Assembly (NCBI GenBank): GCA_964016885.1
Contig: OZ024755.1
Span: forward strand, 32,860,001-32,924,000
DNA: 64,000 nt
Direction of reading: 5' to 3'
Source: Eledone cirrhosa
Lineage: Eukaryota
Of the stretch, positions 28,561 to 43,316 are shown one piece after another. Made by a program: the position numbers and the translations under genes. Below the pieces are notes generated by a model, which was not told the DNA's origin, did no database searches, and worked only from the letters and a program-made list of their open reading frames with translations. Within the stretch, counting starts at the first letter, position 1. The number at the start of each line of letters is the position of its first letter.

Positions 28561-28884
28561 AGTGAAATAAGATAACAAGGACGATTGGTTACTTCTTCAT
28601 TACATTTATTGGTTGGTGACGCGCGTTTCGCCACTGATCAGCTCAGACGAGCCGCGGATTACAGAGTCAGGTCAGATCGATACAGATCGAACTGTGAGCT
28701 GATCAGTGGCGAAACGCGCGTCACCAGCCAATAAACGTAATGAAGGTGTAACCAATCGTCCTTGTTTTATTTTATTTTACTATGACACACACTGTCTAGC
28801 TCTACAATTCGCAACACTGACGTGAACCTAAGCATCGAGTGCTCGCCCTGGGTGAACCTACAATAACTCCAACGCTCCCTGGAT
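28561..28884. mobile_element. Family E fold-back element
   Basis: ~85-bp arms (28561-28646 / 28694-28781), each with GAAACGCGCGTC and AATAAA; GAGTGC at ~28837. Confidence 0.8.
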
Positions 28885-29105
28885 AAGAGATGTCAACATG
28901 AATGGACCTGTTATTTTTTATCTAAAGACATTTTTTTCCAATTCCATCCCGCCCTTCTCCTCAATCTATCTTATTTCTCATTCTTTCTTCTGATGAAGGA
29001 CTAGCGTCCAAAACGTTAAGACTCTCTTCCTGCTATATCAAGCGTTAATCGGATATATACCTTCCATATACTGTACCGATTGTGTTGTTATTTCTATTTA
29101 CCTTT

Positions 29106-30720
<1,615 letters not shown>

Positions 30721-30768
30721 GCTTAATACATGCATTCATACTTAGATACATGCATGCATACATATATA

Positions 30769-31053
30769 CATGGTGGCTGCCAACTCGTTTTCGAGTACGG
30801 CCACTACTTTATATCCATGTAGGAGAACCCCTACCGATGCGCTGAACGAGTGTGACTTTTTAGTCCAGCCAGCGACTTGAAAACTCTGGTACAAACACTA
30901 CACTTGTGACAATTATTGACACACAGTGCTGGGCCCATGGTACCATGTGACGACAAGTGCAGAGAGATCTCCAGATATAAAGCAATGCCTGTGCCGTGAA
31001 GCTTTTATAGTGAGCAAAGGCACTGCACAAAGCCAGTCCCACTCTCTTAACCA
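30769..31053 (-). mobile_element. Non-autonomous RTE-related SINE
   Basis: Reverse complement of ~53083-53355. Confidence 0.8.
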
Positions 31054-31054
31054 A

Positions 31055-31570
31055 TATACATATAGTCCGAATATTAACTAATAGTCTTAACTATATACAT
31101 ATAGTCCGAATGTTAACTAATAGTGTTAACTATATACATATAGTCCGAATGTTAACTAATAGTCTTAACTAATATTAACTAATAGTCTTAACTATATACA
31201 TATAGTCCGAATGTTAACTAATAGTCTTAACTAATATTAACTAATAGTCTTAACTATATACATATAGTCCGAATGTTAACTAATAGTCTTAACTAATAGT
31301 CTTAACTATATACATATAGTCCGAATATTAACTAATAGTCTTAACTAATATTAACTAATAGTCTTAACTAATATTAACTAATAGTCCGAATGTTAGCTAA
31401 TAGTCTTAACTAATATTAACTAATAGTCTTAACTAATATTAACTAATAGTCTTAACTAATATTAACTAATAGTCCGAATGTTAGCTAATAGTCTTAACTA
31501 ATATTAACTAATAGTCTTAACTAATATTAACTAATAGTCTTAACTATATACATATAGTCCGAATGTTAAT
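31055..31570. repeat. Modular minisatellite built from ttaactaatagtc, ttaactaata and tatatacatatagtccgaatg blocks
   Basis: Direct reading. Confidence 0.9.
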
Positions 31571-31717
31571 AGAAGTAGACTATCTCAGCATGTAATGAGA
31601 GACATCTAAAATCATTGGAATGAGGAAGAGAGTTTTGAAAAATGATGCTTCAGAAAGTGCAAGCCATGCTAGCATGGGAAAAGGGCGTAGAAACTGATTA
31701 CGGTGTGTGTGTGTGTG

Positions 31718-31820
<103 letters not shown>

Positions 31821-31967
31821 GTGTGTGTATATCTCTCTATATATATAGTTCATATATCTATATCTAAATCTCTCTCTCTCTCTCTATATATATATAAGCA
31901 TATAATACATATGTCTATATGTAACTCTCTCTCTAACACACACACACACACACACACATATATACAC

Positions 31968-32007
<40 letters not shown>

Positions 32008-32251
32008 CTCTGTGTAAGTACAGATGTTGCACACAGGCAACAATGCACGCGTGCAGTCAACTGACAGATATACATTCTAAAGTACGTGTGTGTGTATATA
32101 TGTATATATACACACACACACACATATATATATGTATATATACACACACACACATATATATATATATGTATATATACACACACACACATATATATATGTA
32201 TATATACACACACACACACACATATATATATATGTATATATACACACACAC

Positions 32252-32288
<37 letters not shown>

Positions 32289-32340
32289 CAACTATATATA
32301 TATATACAGACATATACATATATATATATATACATATATA

Positions 32341-32499
32341 ACGAAGGAAATGTGGTAAGGAACCAGGTGGACCATAACGCACCAAAGTACTCAATACTTA
32401 GGGTAGTAGAGTGGGTAATAGGAACGAGTAGGACCCCGCGTCCAGAATTAGCCGTCGAAACGGCTTGAGCTCAGCCGTCGGGGTCCTACTCGTTCCTAT
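32341..32499. mobile_element. Family F fold-back element
   Basis: ataggaacgagtaggacccc / ggggtcctactcgttcctat arms. Confidence 0.8.
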
Positions 32500-32506
32500 A
32501 TAAATA

Positions 32507-32538
<32 letters not shown>

Positions 32539-32665
32539 CATGTATATATATATATACATATATATATACATATATATATATGTATATATAAGAAATGGGA
32601 AGAGGTAGATGGAGAAGTTATAACAGCTCAAAATACAGTAATTTATTATAATAAACAGTACAAAA

Positions 32666-32715
<50 letters not shown>

Positions 32716-32716
<1 letters not shown>

Positions 32717-32915
32717 TGGTTAGAGAATTGGATTCGCAATCGTAAGGTTGTGAGTTCGATTCCTGGACCAGGCGATGCGTTATGTCCTTGAGCAAGACAC
32801 TTTATTTCACGTTGCTTCTTCTACCTGGAGTTGCGACCGATAGATAGTATTAGCAATTGGAAAGACCAACGGAAACATTGTTCCCTCGGTCCGATTTGAC
32901 GAAAGCCGATCGTTC
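32716..32915 (+). mobile_element. tRNA-derived CORE-type SINE
   Basis: Homologous to 8425-8660. Confidence 0.85.
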
Positions 32916-32920
32916 CTTTT

Positions 32921-32957
<37 letters not shown>

Positions 32958-32982
32958 TATATTATATTATATTATATTATAT

Positions 32983-33104
32983 GCCATTCTCAGTTCAAAA
33001 CCCGCCGAGGTTAACTTTGCCTTTCATCCTTACGGGGTCGATAAAATAAAGTACCAGTAATACACTGGAATAATTGCTGGCCTTGTGCCAAAAGTAGAAA
33101 CAAT

Positions 33105-33106
<2 letters not shown>
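32983..33106 (+). mobile_element. Meta SINE, 5'-truncated
   Basis: Matches family consensus. Confidence 0.9.
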
Positions 33107-33149
<43 letters not shown>

Positions 33150-33382
33150 TATATAGATATATAGGTGTACATATATATGTATGTATGAAGATAACTCTAT
33201 TCTTCGACAGGTCTCAGTCTGTCGACCACGGCCATGCTAGAGCACCACCTTCAAAGAATTAGTCCAACCTCGCCAACCCTAGTATCTCTTCGCTTAATTT
33301 ATATTCGGCCAGCTGCTAAATTAGATATAAACAACTGCACCGGTTGTTAAGTAGTGTAAACTTAACTTTAACACTGCAACAC

Positions 33383-33431
<49 letters not shown>

Positions 33432-33586
33432 GAAAGGTATAGAAAACACTGCAGCGAAAAGCCAACAGCACTTCATAATATATATGTGACTATATATATA
33501 TATATATATATATATAAATATATAAATGAATGAAAAGTATAGAAATTATTGTAGCAAGAAGCCAACAGTATTCCATAATATATAAG

Positions 33587-33633
<47 letters not shown>

Positions 33634-33639
<6 letters not shown>

Positions 33640-33822
33640 GTTTCTACTGTTGGCACAAGGCCAGCAAATACCGAGTACATTACTGGTACTTTATTTTATC
33701 GACCCCGTAAGGATGAAAGGCAAAGTTAACCTCGGCGGGATTTGAACTCAGAATGGCAAGAGCCGTAACTCTATGCGTCAAAGCATGGCGTCCGACCCCC
33801 TACCGATACTGCCAATCCACCG
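33634..33822 (-). mobile_element. Meta SINE, full length
   Basis: Matches family consensus. Confidence 0.9.
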
Positions 33823-33981
33823 ACTATATAAATATATATATATAATAAGGGTTGACGGACCCAGCATATTTATCAATGCCAGTACCGGTTGTATCTCAGC
33901 GCACTCAATGGACAATGTAAGATACATTACCAGAGAATACACATAGTTATTTGCCTCAACACAACACACGTAAAAGGTGTA

Positions 33982-34012
<31 letters not shown>

Positions 34013-34334
34013 CAACTGGTCAACCGCAAAATACGTATAGTTAACACCCCAAACGTATAATTGGGATTATACTAAGGTATATCCTAATGTTTGTTGAGTG
34101 AGACGGAAGCCGGTCGGAGTATTGCTTAAAGCTTTCTCTGTTAATGTATTAAATATATATATACTTTAACTTTAATTATATCTCATAAAATAATACAACT
34201 GGTTTTTCCACATTATACATATTGTTAGCACCCCAAACACTTAAATTGGGTTTATATTTAAATATAACCTAATGTTTGTTGAGTGAGTTGGTTACCAGTC
34301 AGAGTTTAGCTTTAAACTATCTCTGTTATTGTAT

Positions 34335-34377
<43 letters not shown>

Positions 34378-34464
34378 CAAATTTGGACGGGAACAAAACA
34401 GATAGGCAGACAAATAAAGGTTTATTAAGTTGACGCTCTTGAGGGTGGGGGTGGGGTGGTGGAG

Positions 34465-34498
34465 CACGACGTTTCGGGCATAAGCCCTTCTTCAGGAG
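34465..34498 (-). ncRNA. Minimal Penelope-type hammerhead motif
   Basis: CUGAAGA agggc-uuau-gccc GAAA cg UC; stem I has a mismatch. The downstream tail (34375-34442) is homologous to ~26650-26722. Confidence 0.7.
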
Positions 34499-34668
34499 AA
34501 AATAGGTTAGGAAGAGAGTTCCGAGGGTGTGTTGGGGAGGGGTGGAAATGCATTTAGAAAAAAAGGGGGGAAGGATAACAAATAAAAATAAAAATAAACA
34601 TAAACATAAAAATAAACATAAAAATAAGCATAAAAATAAACATAAGAATAAACAATAAAATGAACAAG

Positions 34669-34785
34669 TGGTGGAAGGGTGTGAGGCGTGTAAGGGTGGT
34701 GGAAGGGTGTGAGGCGTGTAAGGGTGGTCGAAGGGTGTGAGGCGTGTAAGGGTGGTCGAAGGGTGCGAGGCGTGTAAGGGTGGTG
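34669..34785. repeat. 26-bp tandem repeat (ggtggtcgaagggtgtgaggcgtgtaag-like), ~4 copies
   Basis: Direct reading; unit length approximate. Confidence 0.8.
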
Positions 34786-35052
34786 GCGGCTGGGGTTATA
34801 TATATCAAAGTAAGAGACATACATCATAAGTATAGAGGAGAAAGAACTATGATATAATATAGTAGATGCCTGCAGTCGAGGCAAAGAGTGCTCAATGCTT
34901 AGAGATGCCATCTTAAATATTATGGTGGAGTTAATATTTAAGGAAAGTTAAATATAGAAGTTAAGCAAAGCAGATATAATAAAAAATATATGAAGGAGAA
35001 AGCAAGACATTTAAAAACAATATATATATATATATATAAATATATATATATA

Positions 35053-35355
35053 GCCGTCGAAACGGCTTGAGCTCTGCCGTCGGGGTCGTACCTTTTCCTA
35101 TATATATATATATATAACGAAGGAAGTGTGGTAAGGAACCAGGTGGAGCATAACGCACCAGAGTACCCAATACTTAGGGTAGTAGAGTGGGTAATAGAAA
35201 AAGGTTCAAGACCAAGACGGCAGAGCTCAAGCCGTTTTAGACGGCTTGAACTCTGCCGTCGGGGTCTTGAATATTTTCCTATATATATATATACCCACTC
35301 TACTGCGCTAAGTGTCGAGTACTCAGGTGTGTTATGGTCATCCCTCTTTGTTTTT
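35053..35355. mobile_element. Family F elements (fragment plus fold-back)
   Basis: gacggcagagctcaagccgt / acggcttgaactctgccgtc. Confidence 0.8.
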
Positions 35356-35435
35356 ATATATATATATATATATATATAGATAGATATATATATAAATAAG
35401 TGTGTATGTGTGTGCGCGCGCACGCGAATATAATA

Positions 35436-35472
<37 letters not shown>

Positions 35473-36119
35473 TTAGAAAACGTGAGAGAAACACACACAT
35501 ATATACATACATACATACATACATACATACATACATACGCGTGTATATATACATATATTGTACATATACACGCACAAACACATACATACATCGGTTTGCC
35601 GCACACCTTTCCCCCCCCCCCCCCCACCCCATCTCTCTTCTCAATCTCACTACGAAGATATAGGTAACTCAATGCTACAGTAGGGAACACTTGTTCAAGG
35701 GTTCCATTCTTTGGCCCCCCCTAAAACAGACGACACACCATTGCTGTTCCGAGGTGAACTTCTTAAACACACAATTCCTTGTCCGTTAATAGTGTTATAT
35801 GATTATTTAAAGCATCTGTAGTTTATTGGGATAGCTACTGTATTTGCATCATTGGAGCTACAGCTTGAGTTTCAAACACATGCACTTTAGTTTTATAGGA
35901 AAATAAGGCTGTATTTAAAAGTGTATTATGGTTTATTAAACGATGCCTGCGCAGGTGCTTGGTTATTCGAACGCCTTAGCCACGCCATCACCCGCGGCAC
36001 TGCTGTGAATGTGTTGGCTTGTCACAAAAAAAAATATTAGGGGGACTTTAGCGCCTCCTGTGGTGGAGAGTGTTTCAGAGTGTCGCCTTCTCTAACTTTA
36101 AGAACATAAAATTCCTCTT

Positions 36120-36137
36120 TATATATGTATATATATA

Positions 36138-36196
<59 letters not shown>

Positions 36197-36209
36197 GTAT
36201 ATATATATG

Positions 36210-36240
<31 letters not shown>

Positions 36241-36484
36241 GTATATATATATGTATGTATGTATATATATATATGTATATACATATGTATATATATATAT
36301 GTATATATATATATATGTATATATATATGTATATATATGTATATGTATATATGTATATATATATATATGTATGTATATATATATATATGTATATATATAT
36401 GTATATATATAATATATATATGTATATATATATGTATATATATAATATATATGTATATATATAATATATATGTATATATATATG

Positions 36485-36515
<31 letters not shown>

Positions 36516-36528
36516 GTATATATATATG

Positions 36529-36560
<32 letters not shown>

Positions 36561-36600
36561 CATATATATATGTATATATATATATGTATATATATATATG

Positions 36601-36634
<34 letters not shown>

Positions 36635-36897
36635 TATATATGTATATATATATATGTATATATATATATGTATATATATATATGTATATATATATGTATA
36701 TATATATATGTATATATATATATGTATATATATATGTATATATATATAATATATGTATATATATATATGTATATATATATGTATATATATATATGTGTAT
36801 AAGTATATATGTATATATATATATATATGTGTATATATATATATGTATATATATATATGTGTATATATATATATATATATGTGTATATATATATATG

Positions 36898-36996
<99 letters not shown>

Positions 36997-37156
36997 GTAT
37001 ATATATATATGTATATATATAAGTATATATATGTATATATATATGCATATATATATAAGTATATATATGTATATATATATATGTATATATATATGTGTAT
37101 ATATATATATGTATATATACATATACATATATACATATATGTACATATATATATAC

Positions 37157-37197
<41 letters not shown>

Positions 37198-37295
37198 TAT
37201 ATATATATATACACATATATACATATATCTATATACATATACACACATATATATATACATATTAACATATATATATATATATATACATATATATA
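36120..37295. repeat. Long interrupted (TA)n tract
   Basis: Direct reading. Confidence 0.97.
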
Positions 37296-38101
37296 AGTGT
37301 GCGCGTATGTATATATATACAATTTTAAAACTATATAAATCTTATTTATATTTATTTCCAATACACTCCTGACACAGCAATTCAATACGATAAATATTAT
37401 AGATTCTGCCTTTCTGCCTTCGATTTCGCTGCTCTTCCACTACGGTTGATTGTTTACTTCTATAGAACAACAGATAGACACAAGGTGACAAATATGTAAC
37501 AAAGAATCTAGCTTGTAAAGGTGTTCCTTTCCCTAAAGCTGCATCTTAACTGCTACCTATGCACAATTCACAGCAGTTTATAACTGTATCAGAGAGAGAG
37601 GAGAGAAATACTTTTAGAAGAAATGTTATATTTTATAGTTTAGTTCTTTATAAACTTCAAATAACCCTATAGTTTTCAAAGTGGCTATAGTAGAAATATT
37701 TTGGTGTCGCTAGTTAGACACACACCTACCTACGTACAAAGATAAATATATAAGGAATTCCAACTTTGTCTGATTTACTCGTTTTATTTACAATCCTTTA
37801 ACATTTATAATGGTATTAGAATGAAATAGTATGGTAGAATATATTAAATGTTAAGTGTTAATTGAACAAGTACTTTCATTCTTTCGCAATCTTCAGGTTC
37901 ATATTCTGTGGTGACAGTCAAGTTTGCAATTTTCATATATATATATATATTTATATATAACCAAAGATTAATATGGTTCATTGATTACTCAATAAATATA
38001 GTTTTACAATAGATTAAAAGCACTCTACAACGAAGTTTTCTGGAGTTATTAATATTAATCAAAATATTAATAAATGAAGACGTTCACATAATCAAAATAT
38101 G

Positions 38102-38164
38102 TTTTATTATATATATTTCGAAGGTACTGTGCTGTTTTTTTCAGTACGCCCTCGTCAGATAAAA
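38102..38164 (-). ncRNA. Type-I hammerhead motif (family B) within fold-back element 37959-38230
   Basis: uuuuau CUGACGA gggcguacug...caguaccuuc GAAA uauaua UA auaaaa; it sits in the loop of inverted arms ~38060-38108 / 38181-38227. Confidence 0.8.
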
Positions 38165-38226
38165 TATATGAATTGATGTTTAATAAAACATATATTTTGT
38201 GAACGTCTTCATTTATTAATATTTTG

Positions 38227-38299
<73 letters not shown>

Positions 38300-38373
38300 T
38301 AGAGGGGGGGGGAGATGAATTATTGCATTGCAGTGGAAAAAGTACTCAATACGGAGTGGAATAGCACAAAGAC

Positions 38374-38404
<31 letters not shown>

Positions 38405-38492
38405 TATGCGTGTACATAGAAACATGCATACATGCATACAGATACAAGCACTGACACAAACTCACAAATCTATCTACTTACATACAAACATA

Positions 38493-38551
<59 letters not shown>

Positions 38552-38832
38552 ACATATATATATATATATATACATAGATACATAAACATATATACAATTT
38601 TCATTATCAATACATACAAACATACATACAAACATACATACATACATACTACATACATACATATATACACATACAATTAGATACTTATACATACATGCAC
38701 ACACATCTATAGATCGAAGTTGGATCTCAAGAATGTTGTTTTTCGTAGTTTTACTAACAATGATTATACTACTACGACAGCGTATACCACGATGATGATG
38801 ATGGTGATGATGATGGTGGGAGACGACTATGA

Positions 38833-38866
<34 letters not shown>

Positions 38867-39269
38867 GGAGACGATTATATACTATGATGATGATGGTGGT
38901 GGTGGTGGTGGTGGAGCAGACGACTATCACGATGCTGATTGTTGACAATGGTTACGATGATGTTGACAATGATTGTGATGCTGATGGTGGTGGTGATGGC
39001 GATGGTGGTGGTGGTGGCGATGGTGGTGGTGATGGCGATGGTGGTGGTGGTGGTGACAGTGGTTGTGGTGGCGGTGAGGTTAATAATAGTTGTTTTGAAG
39101 TTACTAATTACATAGTATATGTTATCATGTTGTTTGTTTGTTTGTCTGTATAACTTTGATGTTGTTATTTTGCCGACTACAGGTAAATGTTGTTGTTGCT
39201 GCTGTTATTGTCATCGTTATTAAATATATTTTACCTTTATATATATTTCTTCATTGCTAAATGGGTTTT

Positions 39270-39970
39270 GTTATTGTGCATTTTTACTCAATTCTATAAA
39301 TAGTAAACCCCCAAAGTCCTCGTCTTTGTACTGTCCCCTAAAGGTCGGTCCTTGAGGACAATAAATGAAACAATTACTACTAATATTATTTTCATGCCTT
39401 TCATCCTTACAGGGGTCGGTAAAATAAAGTACCAGTAATGCACTGGGGGTAATTACTGGCCTTGTGCCAAAAAGTAGAAACAATTATTTTCAGTTTCACT
39501 TACAAAGGAAGGTGAGGGTAGAGAAAGATGTGCTTGCCCTCGACCCTCCCCAGTACATTTGCTAAAAGGTGGGTGAATGTAGGCGAGAATGACCCGTCTG
39601 GGTGGGCCTACTCTGACCATGCGCTTGTAGGCTGGTTAATTTGAGGAGGGGGATAAAAAAAAACGGTGCCCTCGCCGGGTGCCCTCGAAGCGCCGGGTGG
39701 TTCAGGATTGGTAGGGTACCCGAATCTTCCCTGGGTGGCTCACACCCCCCCCCCCGCCTATTGGTGAATATATTTTGTTATTTTCATAAATATTTTATTT
39801 TTATATCATTTTTTTTTTTTTTTTTTTCATTGTTAAATTGTGTTTGTTATTGTGCATTTTTACTCGAGCTTATTACCGTAAACCCTCCACCGACCGTGTC
39901 TTCGTATCATCTGTCCCCTACATGTCGGTTCTTGTGGCCAATAAATGAAACTATTACCATTATTATTATT
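39270..39970 (+). mobile_element. Two tandem L1/Tx1-like LINE 3' ends, with an intervening Meta SINE (39395-39482)
   Basis: From ~39486: YFQFHLQRKVRVEKDVL then, in another frame, FAKRWVNV, resembling a Tx1 ORF2 C-terminus (from recall). The 3' UTR ending aataaatgaaac..(att)n is present twice (39270-39392, ~39846-39970). Confidence 0.55.
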
Positions 39971-40133
39971 TTTTTATTTATTTATTTTTTTTTTTTTTAC
40001 GGGATTGATAAAATAAAGTACCAGTAATACACTGGGATTTATTGCTGGCCTTGTGCCAAAAAAGTAGAAACAATTATTTATCATTATCATTACTGCTGTT
40101 ATCAGTATTATTATTGTCAATAGGCACACTTAC

Positions 40134-40230
40134 TTGTAATGTTATTCCACATAAGCTCGTCATCCTGAGCGGAAGTTGCAGTGAGAAGAGAAAGCAACAT
40201 GACAGCTAGTACCAGGAATAGTAAATCCAT
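40134..40230 (-). CDS. Candidate first coding exon of a secreted/membrane protein: MDLLFLVLAVMLLSLLTATSAQDDELMWNNIT
   Basis: Hydrophobic signal-peptide-like core with T-S-A|Q cleavage-like site, N-I-T sequon, GTAAGT donor (phase 1) at 40133-40128, ccATGG context. Possible acceptor ttgcag at ~40245, or alternative in-frame ATG at 40254. Confidence 0.6.
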
Positions 40231-40362
40231 GGAAGGGAGACTCCCTGCAAGCATGAAAGAACATTGGCAAGTTCAGCAACAACAATAAAAGAAGCTGCCG
40301 TCAACATGTGATGTCGCTTGATAATAGTCTACTGCCGAGTAATTGACATGCATATATGTCAG

Positions 40363-40378
40363 CTGATTAGCCAATCAG
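40363..40378. promoter_or_regulatory. CCAAT (NF-Y) box, near-palindromic
   Basis: ctgattagccaatcag, ~140 bp upstream of the candidate ATG. Confidence 0.4.
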
Positions 40379-40494
40379 AACGCGCCTTTTAATTGCTCAT
40401 CATCCTTCTGTATAGTCAGCTGCACATCGGCGGAGGGAAGCAACGGCTAAACGCGACAGCGGTGTTGGCGAATGAGGCTGCTGGCTTCTTAAAT

Positions 40495-43282
40495 GTTGTT
40501 GATAGTGCTGCTGCTGATGATGTTGTTACTGCTGCTGATGTTGTCACTGCTGCTGCTGCTGCTGATGTTGTTACTGCTGCTGCTGATGTTACTGCTACTG
40601 CTGGTGCTGCTGCTGCTGCTGGTGGTGGGTGTTGTAGTGGTGGTTGTGGTTGCAGTAGTGATAGTAGCGTTGGTGTGGTGGTTGTAGGTGTGGTGGTTGT
40701 AGTAGTGGTGGTTGTGGTTGCAGTAGTGATGGTGGTGGTTGTTGTTGTGGTTGCAGTAGTGATAGTAGCGTTGGTGTGGTGGTTGTAGTAGTAGTGGTGG
40801 TGGTTGTGGTGGTGGTTGCAGTAGTGATAGTAGCGTTGGAGTGGTGGTTGTAGGTGTGGTGGTTGTAGTAGTGGTGGTTGTGGTTGCAGTAGTGATGGTG
40901 GTGGTTGTTGTTGTGGTTGCAGTAGTGATAGTAGCGTTGGTGTGGTGGTTGTAGTAGTAGTGGTGGTGGTTGTGGTGGTGGTTGCAGTAGTGATAGTAGC
41001 GTTGGTGTGGTGGTTGTAGGTGTGGTGGTTGTAGTAGTGGTGGTTGTGGTTGCAGTAGTGATGGTGGTGGTTGTTGTTGTGGTTGCAGTAGTGATAGTAG
41101 CGTTGGTGTGGTGGTTGTAGTAGTAGTGGTGGTGGTTGTGGTGGTGGTTGCAGTAGTGATAGTAGCGTTGGTGTGGTGGTAGTAGTAGTGGTGGTGGTTG
41201 TTGTGGTGGTGGTTGCAGTAGTGATAGTAGCGTTGGTGTGGTGGTTGTAGTAGTGGTGGTTGTTGTTGTGGTGGTTGTTGTTGTTGTGGTTGCAGTAGTG
41301 ATAGTAGCGTTGGTGTGGTGGTTGTAGTGGTTGTGGTGGTTGTAGCGGTTGTAGTGGTTGTAGTGATAGTAACGCTGCTGGTGTGGTGGCTGTAGCAGTG
41401 GTAGTGGTGGTAGTGACAGTAGCGCTGATGTGGTGGTGGTTGTAGTGGCGGTGGTGGTGGTGGTGGTTGTAGTAGTAGTAGTGATAGTAGCGCTGGCGTG
41501 GTGGTTGTAGTAGTAGTAGTGATAGTAGCGCTGGCGTGGTGGTTGTAGTAGTAGTAGTGATAGTAGCGCTGGCGTGGTGGTTGTAGTGATAGTAACGCTG
41601 CTGGTGTGGTGGTTGTAACAGTGGTAGTAGTGACAGTAGCGCTGGCGTGGTGGTTGTAGTGGTGGTTGTAGTAGTAGTGATAGTAGCGCTGATGTGGTGG
41701 TGGTTGTAGTGGTAGGGGTGACAGTAGTAGCGATAGTAATGCTGGTGGTTGTGGTGGTGGTGGTGATAGAGGTGATGGTGAAAGTAATAGTGATAGTACT
41801 ATACTTGCGGTGGTTGTAGTGATAGTGCTGATGATAGAGGTGGTGGTGGTGGTGATAGTGCTGATGATAGTGGTGGTGGTGGTGAGAGTACTGATGATAG
41901 TGGTGGTGGTGGTGGTGACAGTACTGATGATAGTGGTGGTGATAGTACTGATGATATAGGTGGTGGTGGTGGTGGTGGTGGTGGTGACGATAGTGCTGAT
42001 GATAGAGGTGGTGGTGGTGACGACAGTACTGATGATAGAGGTGGTGGTGGTGGTGGTGCCGACAGTCCTGATGATAGAGGTGGGGGGGGGGGTTGACGAC
42101 AGTACTGATGATATAGGTGGTGGTGGTGGTGACAGTACTGATGATGGTGGTGGTGGTGGTGACGACAGTACTGATGATAGAGGTGGTGGTGGTGGTGACA
42201 GTACTGATGATAGAGGTGGTGGGGGTGGTGGGGACGACAGTACTGATGATATAGGTGGTGGTGGTGACGACAGTACTGATGATGGTGGTGGTGGTGGTGA
42301 CGACAGTACTGATGATAGAGGTGGTGGTGGTGCCGACAGTACTGATGATAGAGGTGGTGGGGGTGGTGGGGACGACAGTACTGATGATATAGGTGGTGGT
42401 GGTGGTGGTGGTGACAGTACTGATGATAGAGGTGGTGGTGGTGACAGTACTGATGATAGAGGTGGTGGTGGTGGTGGTGACGACAGTACTGATGATAGAG
42501 GTGATGGTGGTGGTGGTACTGATGATAGAGGTGGTGGTGGTGGTGGTGGTAGTGGTGATAGTGGTGATATAGGTGGTGGTGGTGACAGTACTGATGATAG
42601 AGGTGGTGGTGGTGGTGGTGGTGGTGGTGATATAGGTGATGGTGGTGGTGGCAGTACTGATGATAGAGGTGGTGGTCGTGGTGGTGGTGGTGATAGCAGT
42701 GACAGAGTTGTTGACTGAAGTGGTGACGATGGCGGCGACAGCGGTGGTGATGGTGATAGCAGTAGTAGTAGTAGTTGTAGTAGTTGTAGTAATAGTAGTA
42801 GCTGTGAGAGTGTTGATGGTAGTGGTGGCAGTAGGGGCAGTAGTGGTAGTAGCAGTGATGATATCGGTGGTGATAGGAGGAGGTGGAGTATTACTGTGGT
42901 GGTTATAGTGGTGATACAGCAGGTAATATATTGTCAACGATGTTTATGGTGGTAGTGGTGGTGGTGGTATGTCAGAGATGCTACTACCACCACTACTACT
43001 ACTACTGCTGGTGGTGGTGGTGGAGGTGATAGTAGTGGTAGTGATGGTATGTCAGTGATGCTACCACCACTACTACTGGTGGTGGTGGTGGTAGGTGGTG
43101 GTGGTGGTAGTGGTGGTGGTGGTGGTAGTGGTGGTGGTGGTATGTCAGTGATGCTACTACCACCACTACTACTACTACTACTGCTGGTGGTGATGGTGGT
43201 GGTGGTATGTCAGTGATGCTACTACCACTACTACTACTGCTGGTGGTGGTAGTGGTGGTGGTGGTATGTCAGTGATGCTACT

Positions 43283-43316
<34 letters not shown>

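Noticed and set aside
28986-29021. Active family D hammerhead
   Set aside because: G12 is mutated (CAAAACGTT); kept only as a decayed element copy.
37345-37462. Next minus-strand exon after acceptor ttgttctatag
   Set aside because: Its open frame is not compatible with the phase-1 donor at 40133, where a stop follows within 5 codons.
40595-42937. 780-aa mucin-like Thr-rich ORF, and Gly/Asp-rich ORF 41960-42718
   Set aside because: Triplet minisatellite open on both strands; composition switches with frame slips (T-, H-, P-rich blocks); no complex domain.
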